Source of the DNA: an uncultured Candidatus Saccharibacteria bacterium
GTDB lineage: Bacteria; Patescibacteriota; CPR2; UBA1875; CAIMLA01
Assembly (NCBI GenBank): GCA_964511435.1
Contig: CAZEFH010000002.1
Span: forward strand, 8,416 to 72,415
Direction: 5' to 3'
Length of the DNA stretch: 64,000 bases
In this document: piece after piece, positions 9,311 to 18,327 of the stretch
Layout: each line of letters opens with the position of its first letter
Numbering within the stretch: position 1 is the stretch's first letter
Program-made: the position numbers and the translations under genes
Notes under the pieces: generated by a model
What the model was told of the DNA's origin: nothing
Seen by the model: the letters and a program-made list of their open reading frames with translations, nothing else
The model's database searches: none

Positions 9311-9598
9311 TTAGATTTCTTCCTCGGGTAAATTATCAATTACAAACACCACTTTCTCCACTGGAGATTGCTGCAGTTTAGTAGTGATACCCCGACACTC
9401 AGCAGACCAAGAGCTGGAGCTACTGGCGATCTTTAGGACTCCCTTACGGAAAGAAACTACTCGAAGGTTTTCACTTCCACGGCTTCCAAAGCGCTTGTTT
9501 ATAACCTCTTGTGACCGGGCCACTACTACGGCTGCATCAACCTGTCTATCAATGCCAAGTTGCTTCAGTCTATTCGCAAATATGCTTCCGTTATCCAA
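9311..9598 (-). CDS. DUF721-family protein (DciA-like), downstream of recF
   Basis: It is a small protein sitting immediately 3' of recF on the same strand, with the typical DUF721 layout (G.LKIASSSSSW..E). Confidence 0.5.
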   Translation of the reverse strand: MDNGSIFANRLKQLGIDRQVDAAVVVARSQEVINKRFGSRGSENLRVVSFRKGVLKIASSSSSWSAECRGITTKLQQSPVEKVVFVIDNLPEEEI

Positions 9599-10667
9599 GA
9601 TTGATTACCTTTGCCTTTTCCACAATATTATCGCTTACATGGTCAAGATCAGTCGTAGTGATGATTGTCTGTTGATTTACAAATATCTGTGACAGTAAGT
9701 CGCGGCGTTTCTCGTCTAGCTCGCTGAAAACATCGTCAAGTAGGAGAATCGGTTTCTTTCCCGTAACTTCATAAAGGTAATCTACCTCAGCGAGCTTTAG
9801 CGCCAAAATTACAGTTCTGAGCTCTCCTCGAGAAGCAAATGTCAGTAGGTTGCGGCCGTCCATTATAAAGGCAATGTCATCTCGATGTGGGCCAATAGTC
9901 GTCACGCGAGCCAAAACGTCACGAGGGCGGCTCTCTGCAAGCCTCATCGCTATTCCAAGGAGTTTCTCAGACGGTAAGATACTAGGCCGATACTCCAGGG
10001 CGAGAAATTGCTCTGTTCCAGATAAAAGCTGGTAGTACTTACTGATGTATTTATTAATATTTTCAATATAAGTACAGCGGGCACTAATAATTTCCTCCGT
10101 GTATTCCGCAAACTTACCGTCCCAAACTTCAAGTTCAGTTTCCCGTGATAAACCTAAGTTGATTCGCTTCAGTAGAGAGTTTCGCTGTTCCAGTGTTCTT
10201 CTAAAATGCACTAGCGCAAGTGCATAGCGCCGATCTGACTGCGAAATAATGAGATTTAAGTAGCGCCTTCTAGCTTCTGGGAGAGTAGAAATTAGTTCTA
10301 TATCCTCAGGTGAGAAGAGTACACTCGTCATATGTCCGAGCAGCTTCGATGAAGCTACTTTTACACCTTTAATCATTACTGTCTTTTGTGTTTTTGGTTC
10401 ATTCTCGAGAACGGCCGTGACAAGCTCTGATTTTCCTGATTCATCTGAAGTAATTTCAGCCTCTATTCTTGTAAAGTGGTCTTCCCATGCCACTAGTGCC
10501 TCGTCTTTAGCCCGAAAACTCTTACCACAAGAAAGATAATAGATAGCCTCTAAGAAATTAGTTTTCCCAGACGCGTTTGGACCAACCAAAATAGTCACAC
10601 CATTAAAATCAAAGTGGAATTTCTGATGGTTGCGCCAATTCTGCAATGTGAGTGATTTGAGAGTCAT
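9591..10667 (-). CDS. recF: DNA replication and repair protein RecF
   Basis: The N-terminus is LQNWRNH..F.F..GVTILVGPNASGKTNFLEAIYYLSCGKSFR with a Walker A motif. The C-terminus has the ABC-like signature LLLDDV.SELD. Confidence 0.9.
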   Translation of the reverse strand: MTLKSLTLQNWRNHQKFHFDFNGVTILVGPNASGKTNFLEAIYYLSCGKSFRAKDEALVAWEDHFTRIEAEITSDESGKSELVTAVLENEPKTQKTVMIKGVKVASSKLLGHMTSVLFSPEDIELISTLPEARRRYLNLIISQSDRRYALALVHFRRTLEQRNSLLKRINLGLSRETELEVWDGKFAEYTEEIISARCTYIENINKYISKYYQLLSGTEQFLALEYRPSILPSEKLLGIAMRLAESRPRDVLARVTTIGPHRDDIAFIMDGRNLLTFASRGELRTVILALKLAEVDYLYEVTGKKPILLLDDVFSELDEKRRDLLSQIFVNQQTIITTTDLDHVSDNIVEKAKVINLG

Positions 10668-10684
10668 CGCGCTCTAAACTAAAA

Positions 10685-11782
10685 TTAAGAACGAAGTGGC
10701 ATAATAATGTAAGTGTAGTCTCCCTTACCTTCGAGACGAATGACACCAGGGTTTAGTTTCCCGCTAATTTCAAAGATAATTTTATCTTCTTTTACATTCG
10801 CAAGAACATCGAGAATATATTTACTATTAAAGGAAATTTCACCATCTTTACCCTCAACTTCTGCTTCAACCATAGACGAACTGTCACCAATCTGGGAACT
10901 AGTAGCATTTACTTCAATCTTTCCCTTAGAACGAATGAAGATATTAATACTATTTGCATTTTCTCTAGCAAAGAGTGAGGCTACTTTCAAAATTGAAGTA
11001 AATTCTGCGGCCGATACCACTGCTTTTGTATCGTTTGTATCTGGAATAATCTGTTTATAGTTAGGAAAGTTTCCATCGATAAGTCGAGAAGTGAACTCAA
11101 TTTCATCAGCCGCAAAGAGAACCTGATTATCATTAACACAAACTCGAAGATCTCCTACAATGTCAGAGAGAGTTCTACTGAGCTCCATAAGGGCGCGGGC
11201 TGGAATAATAATCTCTACCTTATCCGCTACCTTCTTCGCTAGTTTTATTTGTTTTTCGGCTAACCTATAGCTATCAGTAGCCGCTAGGGTTAAAGTATCT
11301 CCTTCCACAAGAAAATAAACACCCGAAAGAACTGGTCTAGCCTCATCAAGAGCGGCGGCAAAGGTTACTTGTGAGAGAGCTTCTCTTAGAGTTTTTGCGG
11401 AAATAGAGAATGCCGTAGATTCAATACTAGGAATAAGTGGAAATTCATCGATTGAGATACCTTTAATAGATAACTTATCTTTATCTGAGTTTACATGAAG
11501 AGTCATTTCTTCTGTTTCTAAAACTACTTTTTCACTACCAAGAGAAGTGATAACATCACTAATTAGTCGGGCAGGCACAGTAATAGCACCATCCGCTTCG
11601 ACTTTTGCACCAACCCAGTAATTTACCCCTACTTCTAGATTTGTCGCTGATATCTTAAGTCTTCCGCTTTCTGTTGCTATCATCACATTACTTAAAATTT
11701 CTAGACTTCCCCTAGTTGTAACTACTCTCCCACATACTGCAAGTGCTTTTGCGAGATTTTCTCTTAATATCGATACTTTCAT
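10685..11782 (-). CDS. dnaN: DNA polymerase III beta sliding clamp
   Basis: The length is 365 aa, the N-terminus is MK.SILRENL..AL and it sits between dnaA and recF. Confidence 0.9.
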   Translation of the reverse strand: MKVSILRENLAKALAVCGRVVTTRGSLEILSNVMIATESGRLKISATNLEVGVNYWVGAKVEADGAITVPARLISDVITSLGSEKVVLETEEMTLHVNSDKDKLSIKGISIDEFPLIPSIESTAFSISAKTLREALSQVTFAAALDEARPVLSGVYFLVEGDTLTLAATDSYRLAEKQIKLAKKVADKVEIIIPARALMELSRTLSDIVGDLRVCVNDNQVLFAADEIEFTSRLIDGNFPNYKQIIPDTNDTKAVVSAAEFTSILKVASLFARENANSINIFIRSKGKIEVNATSSQIGDSSSMVEAEVEGKDGEISFNSKYILDVLANVKEDKIIFEISGKLNPGVIRLEGKGDYTYIIMPLRS

Positions 11783-12054
11783 TTATTTACTCCTTTCCAC
11801 ACCCCGGTCTATATACTTTCTTATTTATATATTAATAGTTGTTGTAATAAGGTATGTGTATTTTGGTTAAAACCACGTTTTTGTGCTTAATTTTATCCAC
11901 TTTTTACCTGTTTGATTTGTTAAAACTCTGAGGTAAGAGTGGTTATATTGTGCTAATAAGATTTTTACTCCTTATTTATACTATGGATTTATACCAGAAT
12001 CATCCTCAAGTTTATCCCAAAGTTTTACTACTTATAACCAGACTTATCCACAGT
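11783..12054. promoter_or_regulatory. Probable oriC: an AT-rich dnaA-dnaN intergenic region with DnaA boxes
   Basis: TTATCCACT lies at 11893..11901 and TTATCCACA at 12045..12053. Weaker boxes are TTTCCACA near 11796 and TTATCCCAA at 12012. An AT-rich stretch runs 11800..11880. Confidence 0.6.
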
Positions 12055-13434
12055 CTATCCATAAAGTCGTTCCCGAATAAGGCCTATTTCATGTCTCAAA
12101 ACCTCATTGTCCTGGATTTCTCTATCAATTTTGTCACATGAATGAATCGCAGTAGTGTGGTCTTTTTTTCCGAGTTCACGAGCAATTTTGGGATATGAGA
12201 GCTGAAGCTCTTCTCGCATTAAATACATTGCGATTTGGCGAGGAAGCACAATCTCTTTATCTCTCTTTGTGCCAAGTATTTCATTTACAGAGAGATCATA
12301 GAAGTTGGCAACCTTTTCCACTATTTGTCTGGCGGTGAAGCCGCGCCTACGGGCATTTGAGATAAGGTTTGAGAGAATTGATTTAGTTACATCCAGGGTT
12401 GGCTGTCCACCATTAAGTTCACAGTATGCCAGGATACGATTAAGAGCCCCTTCAAGTTCACGGATATTATTCTGGATATTACGAGCGATGTAATCAAGAA
12501 CTTCTAAGGGCACAACATAGCCCCGAAGTTGACTTTTGCGCTGCAAGATAGCAATTCTCGTTTCTAGGTCTGGCGGCTGAATGTCTACCATTAAACCCCA
12601 TTCGAAACGAGAACGGAGGCGCTCCTCTAGAGTTGGGATTGCTTTTGGAGGACGGTCGCTCGCGAGAATGATTTGCTTATTTGCTTGATGGAGAGCATTA
12701 AAGGTGTGAAAGAATTCCTCCTGAGTTTGCTCCTTATTAGCGAGGAATTGCAGGTCATCAACAATCAAAACGTCTGCTTTACGATATTTATCTTTAAAAC
12801 CGCCGGTTTTTTTCTCTGTAATCGAAGAAATAAAGTCGTTTGTAAATTTCTCGCTGGTGACATAGACAATGTTTTTCTTAGCGTCTCGGTTACGGATGGC
12901 ATTACCAACCGCTTGCATTAGATGGGTCTTCCCCAGTCCAACTCCGCCATAGATGAAGAGTGGGTTGTATTTTGTTCCTGGATTTTCGGCGACACTCTGA
13001 CAAGCGGCAAACGCAAGCTTGTTTGAAGTTCCGACGACGAAAGTATCTAGGGTATAGCGCGGATTCATCCCGCTAGCAGTACCGCCATCACTACTTACCG
13101 CCGGGGCAGTAGGTTTAATATGAATAGTGTCGTCAGTCGTGACAGCTACTGGTTCTACCTTTTCGTTTAATTTTTCGATAGTTTTTGCTGAGCCAACCCG
13201 ATATTCTATTTTTGAGACTTGGGGCGCAGCATGTTTTATGGCTTCGAGTATCTGGGGGTGATATTTCTTTTCTAGCCACTCTTTAGTGAAAACATTTGGG
13301 ACGCTTACCAGAACAACTTCACCATCAATAGACGCAATCTGAGTGTTTTTGAACCAGGTCGTAAAGTTTGCCTTTGACAGGGAAACTTCGAGTTCACCCA
13401 GAACTGATTTCCAGATTGCATCTTTTTCCATCAT
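12055..13434 (-). CDS. dnaA: Chromosomal replication initiator protein DnaA
   Basis: AAA+ Walker A (GGVGLGKTHL), Walker B (LIVDDLQF) and the C-terminal DnaA-box-binding signature (HTTAIHSCDKI) are present. Confidence 0.95.
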   Translation of the reverse strand: MMEKDAIWKSVLGELEVSLSKANFTTWFKNTQIASIDGEVVLVSVPNVFTKEWLEKKYHPQILEAIKHAAPQVSKIEYRVGSAKTIEKLNEKVEPVAVTTDDTIHIKPTAPAVSSDGGTASGMNPRYTLDTFVVGTSNKLAFAACQSVAENPGTKYNPLFIYGGVGLGKTHLMQAVGNAIRNRDAKKNIVYVTSEKFTNDFISSITEKKTGGFKDKYRKADVLIVDDLQFLANKEQTQEEFFHTFNALHQANKQIILASDRPPKAIPTLEERLRSRFEWGLMVDIQPPDLETRIAILQRKSQLRGYVVPLEVLDYIARNIQNNIRELEGALNRILAYCELNGGQPTLDVTKSILSNLISNARRRGFTARQIVEKVANFYDLSVNEILGTKRDKEIVLPRQIAMYLMREELQLSYPKIARELGKKDHTTAIHSCDKIDREIQDNEVLRHEIGLIRERLYG

Positions 13435-13606
13435 TGCCTCGTGCCGGTTACTTATAGTGCAGTAACGGCTTTATTTGCCCAACATTGCTCAAAACGAGTG
13501 TAAAGTAAGTTCATTATAGTACATAAAAAAGTTTTCCACAACCCCCATATGTTATCCACATTTTGGGGGATAATAAGCACAAAATGATTGAGCAGGGTGG
13601 CGGTCC
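13435..13606. promoter_or_regulatory. dnaA upstream region with DnaA boxes (a second box cluster, autoregulation)
   Basis: TTATCCACA lies at 13552..13560 and TTTTCCACA at 13532..13540. Confidence 0.5.
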
Positions 13607-14488
13607 GTGCTAAGATATAAGCTGCTAAAGATAAGGTATATTATGAGTCTATTTGACACTATTCTAGTTCAGCCCTTCGTAAACATATTGGTATTCTTTT
13701 ATAGCATCATTCCTTTTCATGATTTTGGCCTGGCAATCATCCTTCTTACTGTACTTATCCGAGCAATACTTTGGCCAATTCAAGCAAAGATGATGAAAAA
13801 CCAGAAGGCGCTAAACGAGCTGCAGCCAGAAATAAAGAAGATCTCTGAGAAGTACAAGAATGATCCACAGAAACTTCAGGCGATGACCCTTGAGCTTTAT
13901 AAGGAGAAGGAAGTGAATCCGCTGTCTTCTTGTCTGCCGTCTCTGATACAATTCCCGATTATGATTGCACTTTACTACGCTATCATTAAATTTAGCGAGC
14001 CAGCATTTATCAATCTTGTTAAGAGTGATGCGGGTATTTGGCACTATCTTTATGGCTGGATGCATAACTTAGGCTTCGTGAAAGACGCTCTTAGCGGCAG
14101 TTTCAATACTACTTTCCTTGGCTTCTTTGATCTCGCAAATAAGGCGGTAGTTTCGTTTAGTCCAATCAAGATAAACAAGGAGATTGTCTTTGCCCTTGTT
14201 GCAGCTGGAGCCCAGTATCTACAGATGAAACAAATGATGCCAAAGCAGCAGGACAACAATCAGAGCGCCCAGACACTAGGCATGATGACCATCATGATGC
14301 CACTGATGATTCTTTATATCGGCCTTATCTGGCCAGCCGCTCTGCCACTTTACTGGGCTGTGACCACAGGGGTTGCATATTTGCAGCAGTGGCTTGCGAT
14401 GCGTGGCGATGTCGCTAGTCTCGACAAGGAAGCCATTATTGAAGTCGAGGCAGAGGAAAAGAAAGTTACTCCCAAAAGGAAGAAATAA
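13607..14488 (+). CDS. yidC: Membrane protein insertase YidC/Oxa1 family (short Gram-positive type)
   Basis: Conserved core motifs are present (LTVLIRAILWPI..K, SSCLP.LIQFPIMIALYYAI). The start may instead be the ATG at 13643. Confidence 0.85.
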   Translation: MLRYKLLKIRYIMSLFDTILVQPFVNILVFFYSIIPFHDFGLAIILLTVLIRAILWPIQAKMMKNQKALNELQPEIKKISEKYKNDPQKLQAMTLELYKEKEVNPLSSCLPSLIQFPIMIALYYAIIKFSEPAFINLVKSDAGIWHYLYGWMHNLGFVKDALSGSFNTTFLGFFDLANKAVVSFSPIKINKEIVFALVAAGAQYLQMKQMMPKQQDNNQSAQTLGMMTIMMPLMILYIGLIWPAALPLYWAVTTGVAYLQQWLAMRGDVASLDKEAIIEVEAEEKKVTPKRKK

Positions 14489-14943
14489 TGTCAGTTGGAC
14501 ACGCAGAAATCAAAAAAGTTGAGACCATCGTTGCTGATATGTTGCGCTGGATGCGCGTGTCGCTTTCCCCAAATGTTAGCGCTGATACGGATGGGATAAA
14601 GGTAGATCTTGCAGGGAATGATAGCGCCATAATGATTGGTTTCCATGGAGAGACACTAGCAGACTTTACTTACCTCGTTGGGATTATCGTGAAGAATGAA
14701 CTAGGAGAAAATATCCAAGTTCGTATCGATACGGGAGGCTATTTGGCTGGGCGCGATCGTAGGACCAAAGATCTGGCTAGAAAAGCGATTGAAAAAGTGA
14801 AGACCAGCGGCTTCCCAGAAACAATCACAGGCCTGAATTCATATGAGCGCAGGCTAGTACATGCCGAAGCGAATAAAGAGGGCCTTGTTAGCGAGTCGAC
14901 TGGTACTGGAAGAGACCGCAAGATTGTAATTAAGCCAATCTAA
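14488..14943 (+). CDS. jag: Jag/KhpB-like RNA-binding protein (KH + R3H domains)
   Basis: A C-terminal R3H-like segment (YERRLVHAEA...TGTGRDRKIVIKP) is present. The gene sits directly after yidC. Confidence 0.75.
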   Translation: MSVGHAEIKKVETIVADMLRWMRVSLSPNVSADTDGIKVDLAGNDSAIMIGFHGETLADFTYLVGIIVKNELGENIQVRIDTGGYLAGRDRRTKDLARKAIEKVKTSGFPETITGLNSYERRLVHAEANKEGLVSESTGTGRDRKIVIKPI

Positions 14944-14946
14944 GGC

Positions 14947-16794
14947 TTAGTTATCAAAAAGGTGGTAATACTGCACAATACTATATTTATCTAAAGCCCG
15001 CTTAACGACTTCCTCGGTTCGGTCAATTGCTTTGCCATTTTTGATGCAACCAAAGCTGTTACACGCATCGTAGTATTTCATTTGTCCTTCAAGAAAGGTG
15101 AAATAATTAGTTGACTCAATACCAGCCTTCTTTAGTAGGATTGGTGCTAGAAACGTGTCGTTGATAGTTCCTAGGTTAGTTTCTGTGTTTGAATTGTTGC
15201 TCCAAATAAGAAACGGTACTGAGTGTAGCCTAGTCAAGTCTTTGTCTGATAAATTTATACCACTAATGTATCCCGTTTCTTTATATACCGAGTAGTCGTT
15301 ACCCAATATTGGCAAATGGTCTCCCCAGAAAACTATATAAGTAGGGGTATTAATCTTTGAGAAATAATCCACTAATTTCTTTAATGCTAAATCGGCGTCT
15401 TTTACCCCCTCAGTGTATGTTTCAAGTGCCGCAATCTGCTTGAGGCTAAGAGATGATGAAGTAGCTGATATCTCGACAGCATCATATCTATTTGGGGTGT
15501 AGGAAGGGTGATTCTGCATTGTAACAAGAAAAGAATAAAAAGGCTTTTCTTGTTCCCTATTGTTATACATATCAACTATGTAATCAGTGGCTGCTCTGTC
15601 GGAGACATACCACCCCTTCATATCTTTACCAGAGAATGAGCTAACTGATGCAAATTTATCAAATCCAAGCAGGGGATATATTTTTTCTCTGTTCCAGTAC
15701 CATCCTTCGTAGGGATGAATTGCATAAGTATCATATCCCTGGCTTTTTAATAAGTTTGGTAATGAATTTATTGGCTTTTTAATATACTGCAGGTATGGCG
15801 AAGATGAAAAGGGTAAAAATTGCATAGAATTCCCAGTTAATACCTCAAATTCAGTATTCGCAGTATTCCCACCGAACTGCTCCGTAAGTAAGTTTCCATG
15901 AATGCTTGTTTTCTGTAGTTGATGGAAATTTGCTAAAGGATCCTTCGAGAAAACAACATTAGGTAGTCTAGTGGGGTCCCAGAATGATTCGTCCATGACC
16001 ATGATAATATTTGGCTTCTGAGAAGTTGTCTCGTATTTATTTGATTGATCTTTAAGATAGTCTTTTGCCAGCTCTTTACTGTAGTTTTCAGGTTTTTGAG
16101 GTATGGAATATCTTACTTGTAACAAGAAAGCATTTAGTAGCCCATTTGTAAGGTAATTATTTTTCTCATTAAAAACCATATCGTGAACACCTAGCCTAAC
16201 TTGGTTCTTTTGGTTAAACAGGTAGCCAGGAACAATTAAACAAGATACAAATATTAGAATAACTAGCAAAGAAAAACGGAAATCACGATCAATTTTTAGT
16301 GGCTTGCTTTTGTATAATATAGTTGCGATAAACACGGTGTATAGAAGAAAAATAATTAGTGATATGGATTCGTTAAATGATAGCTGCCCGATAATTTTCA
16401 GCGCCTCTCTACTAATAGTTAAGTCCCATGGCAAAAATGGTTCTCCCCTAAAACTGAGCTTAAAGTAATTCACAAGACTTAGCGACAGCATCAATATATT
16501 TTGTAATAATAGTGCAAACTGCAGGCGTTTTAGAATTAAGAGGAAAATACTCCCGATAAGTAATACTAAAAGAACATTTATAGTAAACAACCACGACTTA
16601 CCGACAACCCATTCAAATGTTAAGAAAAGGGACTTCTCCAGGGCTTCTCGTTGCACATAGGCTGCGAGAGCCGTAATAATTATCGAATTGAACACAAGCA
16701 CTGTAGTCGGATGATTGGAAATAATTCTAGTTACTCCTTCCGACATTGAGATGGCAGTTTTATAAATCTTTTTAATACTATTCATGTTGTACAA
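14947..16794 (-). CDS. LTA synthase-family protein (polytopic N-terminal membrane domain plus extracellular sulfatase/phosphoglycerol-transferase-like domain)
   Basis: About 5 N-terminal TM helices precede a sulfatase-type domain (MVMDESFWDP). The length is 615 aa. Confidence 0.6.
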   Translation of the reverse strand: MYNMNSIKKIYKTAISMSEGVTRIISNHPTTVLVFNSIIITALAAYVQREALEKSLFLTFEWVVGKSWLFTINVLLVLLIGSIFLLILKRLQFALLLQNILMLSLSLVNYFKLSFRGEPFLPWDLTISREALKIIGQLSFNESISLIIFLLYTVFIATILYKSKPLKIDRDFRFSLLVILIFVSCLIVPGYLFNQKNQVRLGVHDMVFNEKNNYLTNGLLNAFLLQVRYSIPQKPENYSKELAKDYLKDQSNKYETTSQKPNIIMVMDESFWDPTRLPNVVFSKDPLANFHQLQKTSIHGNLLTEQFGGNTANTEFEVLTGNSMQFLPFSSSPYLQYIKKPINSLPNLLKSQGYDTYAIHPYEGWYWNREKIYPLLGFDKFASVSSFSGKDMKGWYVSDRAATDYIVDMYNNREQEKPFYSFLVTMQNHPSYTPNRYDAVEISATSSSLSLKQIAALETYTEGVKDADLALKKLVDYFSKINTPTYIVFWGDHLPILGNDYSVYKETGYISGINLSDKDLTRLHSVPFLIWSNNSNTETNLGTINDTFLAPILLKKAGIESTNYFTFLEGQMKYYDACNSFGCIKNGKAIDRTEEVVKRALDKYSIVQYYHLFDN

Positions 16795-16842
16795 TAATAA
16801 AGCATATATGATACTATCGTCTAGTAAAGTAATGGAGATAAT

Positions 16843-17715
16843 ATGTCAATAAAAGTCCGTAAAGCCGTTATCCCAGCTGCTGGTTTTGGAACCCGGTTTT
16901 TGCCAGCCACTAAGTCAATGCCGAAGGAAATGTTACCAATTATCGATCGTCCAGCGATTCACTATGCTGTAGAAGAGGCTGTCAGAGCAGGGATTACCGA
17001 CATTATTTTTATCACAGGGCGTGGTAAGAATGCAATCGAAGACTATTTTGATCACTCATATGAGCTAGAACATACTCTAGAGCTTCGTGGTAAGACCGAG
17101 GTCTTAAAGGAAGTACAGCAGGTCTCAGATATGGCGAACATTGTATATATCAGACAGAAGGAGCCCCTTGGACTTGGGCACGCAGTTTTACGTGCAAAGG
17201 ACCTTGTAGGTGACGAGCCCTTCGCCGTGATTCTGCCTGATGATTTTCTATATGGAGAAAAGCCCACTATTGGCGAAATGGTGCGCGTCTTTGAAGAGAC
17301 TGGCAAATCAGTAATACTGACTGAAGAAGTCCCGGAAGAAAGAGTTAGTTCTTATGGGGTGGTTGAGCCCGAATCTGGTACTGATGGTGAATATTTTAAC
17401 TTAAAAGGAATTGTCGAAAAGCCAGATATTAAAGAGGCTCCATCCAACCACGCAGTAGTCGGACGCTATGTGCTGAAACCAGAAATATTTAATTACCTAG
17501 AAAATACAAAGCCAGGTAAGGGAAACGAAATCCAGCTTACAGACGCCATTATTGAACTAATTAAAGACGATGGCATGGTGAGTTATAAAATGCAAAATGA
17601 GCACTATGACACTGGTGATAAACTGGGCTTTTTAAAGGCCACTGTCTGTATGGCTCTTAAGCACGAAAAGCTGAACGGGGAATTCAAAAAGTTCCTACAC
17701 TCTATCGGGAAATAG
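16843..17715 (+). CDS. galU: UTP-glucose-1-phosphate uridylyltransferase
   Basis: The N-terminus is KAVIPAAGFGTRFLPATK..PKEMLPI.D.P..Y.V.EA..AGI. Confidence 0.85.
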   Translation: MSIKVRKAVIPAAGFGTRFLPATKSMPKEMLPIIDRPAIHYAVEEAVRAGITDIIFITGRGKNAIEDYFDHSYELEHTLELRGKTEVLKEVQQVSDMANIVYIRQKEPLGLGHAVLRAKDLVGDEPFAVILPDDFLYGEKPTIGEMVRVFEETGKSVILTEEVPEERVSSYGVVEPESGTDGEYFNLKGIVEKPDIKEAPSNHAVVGRYVLKPEIFNYLENTKPGKGNEIQLTDAIIELIKDDGMVSYKMQNEHYDTGDKLGFLKATVCMALKHEKLNGEFKKFLHSIGK

Positions 17716-17859
17716 CTTAACGAGGAAAATTCTTTTGTACTATTCTCTTAAGATATTTTGTGCTTAATTGTGGTATAATTAAGTGCAGAAAACGTAGGAG
17801 GGAATATAACTAAAAAGATCCACACCCCTAAGAAGAAGCTAGTAGTAATTACTGCAGTA

Positions 17860-18327
17860 ATGGTCTTAATGGTGACAGTTGTTTTCGTTGTATGGTATAT
17901 TTTGTCAGCTAATAAGTTTTCAAAGGAATTAATAACAGCATCTGATGGCATCAAAACGTCAGAAAGCGATAGTTATACCGAGAAAAAACCGACAACAAAT
18001 ATTAATGTCGACACCTCAAAGAATACCACCGAAGTACCGGTTTCAACTGAAGTTAAGCTGATTATTGACCAATTGAGTGAAGACAATGGTTCAGTTCTGT
18101 ATAGGGCGACTGTTACGAACCCAGGCGAGAGCGGAACCTGTAGCGCTGAATTTACAAATCCAAACTCTAAGCCCGTGACTAAGGTTACAGATGCCACGGG
18201 TGGTATCTGTGGTCCGGTTTCATTATCAGTAAATGAGTTTGATAGTCTTGGAAGTTGGACTCTAACTCTCAGGTATTATACTGGGGATACTCAGGCGGTA
18301 GCGACTAAAACATTACAGATTAATTAA
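17860..18327 (+). CDS. Hypothetical secreted or membrane-anchored protein
   Basis: An N-terminal TM segment is present. The ORF may extend upstream with a non-canonical start. An extended -10 (TGGTATAAT) lies at 17771..17779. Confidence 0.4.
   Translation: MVLMVTVVFVVWYILSANKFSKELITASDGIKTSESDSYTEKKPTTNINVDTSKNTTEVPVSTEVKLIIDQLSEDNGSVLYRATVTNPGESGTCSAEFTNPNSKPVTKVTDATGGICGPVSLSVNEFDSLGSWTLTLRYYTGDTQAVATKTLQIN

Noticed and set aside
17771-17860. Upstream extension of the 155-aa ORF (Lys-rich N-terminus with a GGAGGG Shine-Dalgarno but no ATG/GTG/TTG start)
   Set aside because: There is no canonical start codon in frame. I kept the ORF-track ATG at 17860 and noted the extended -10 TGGTATAAT at 17771..17779.
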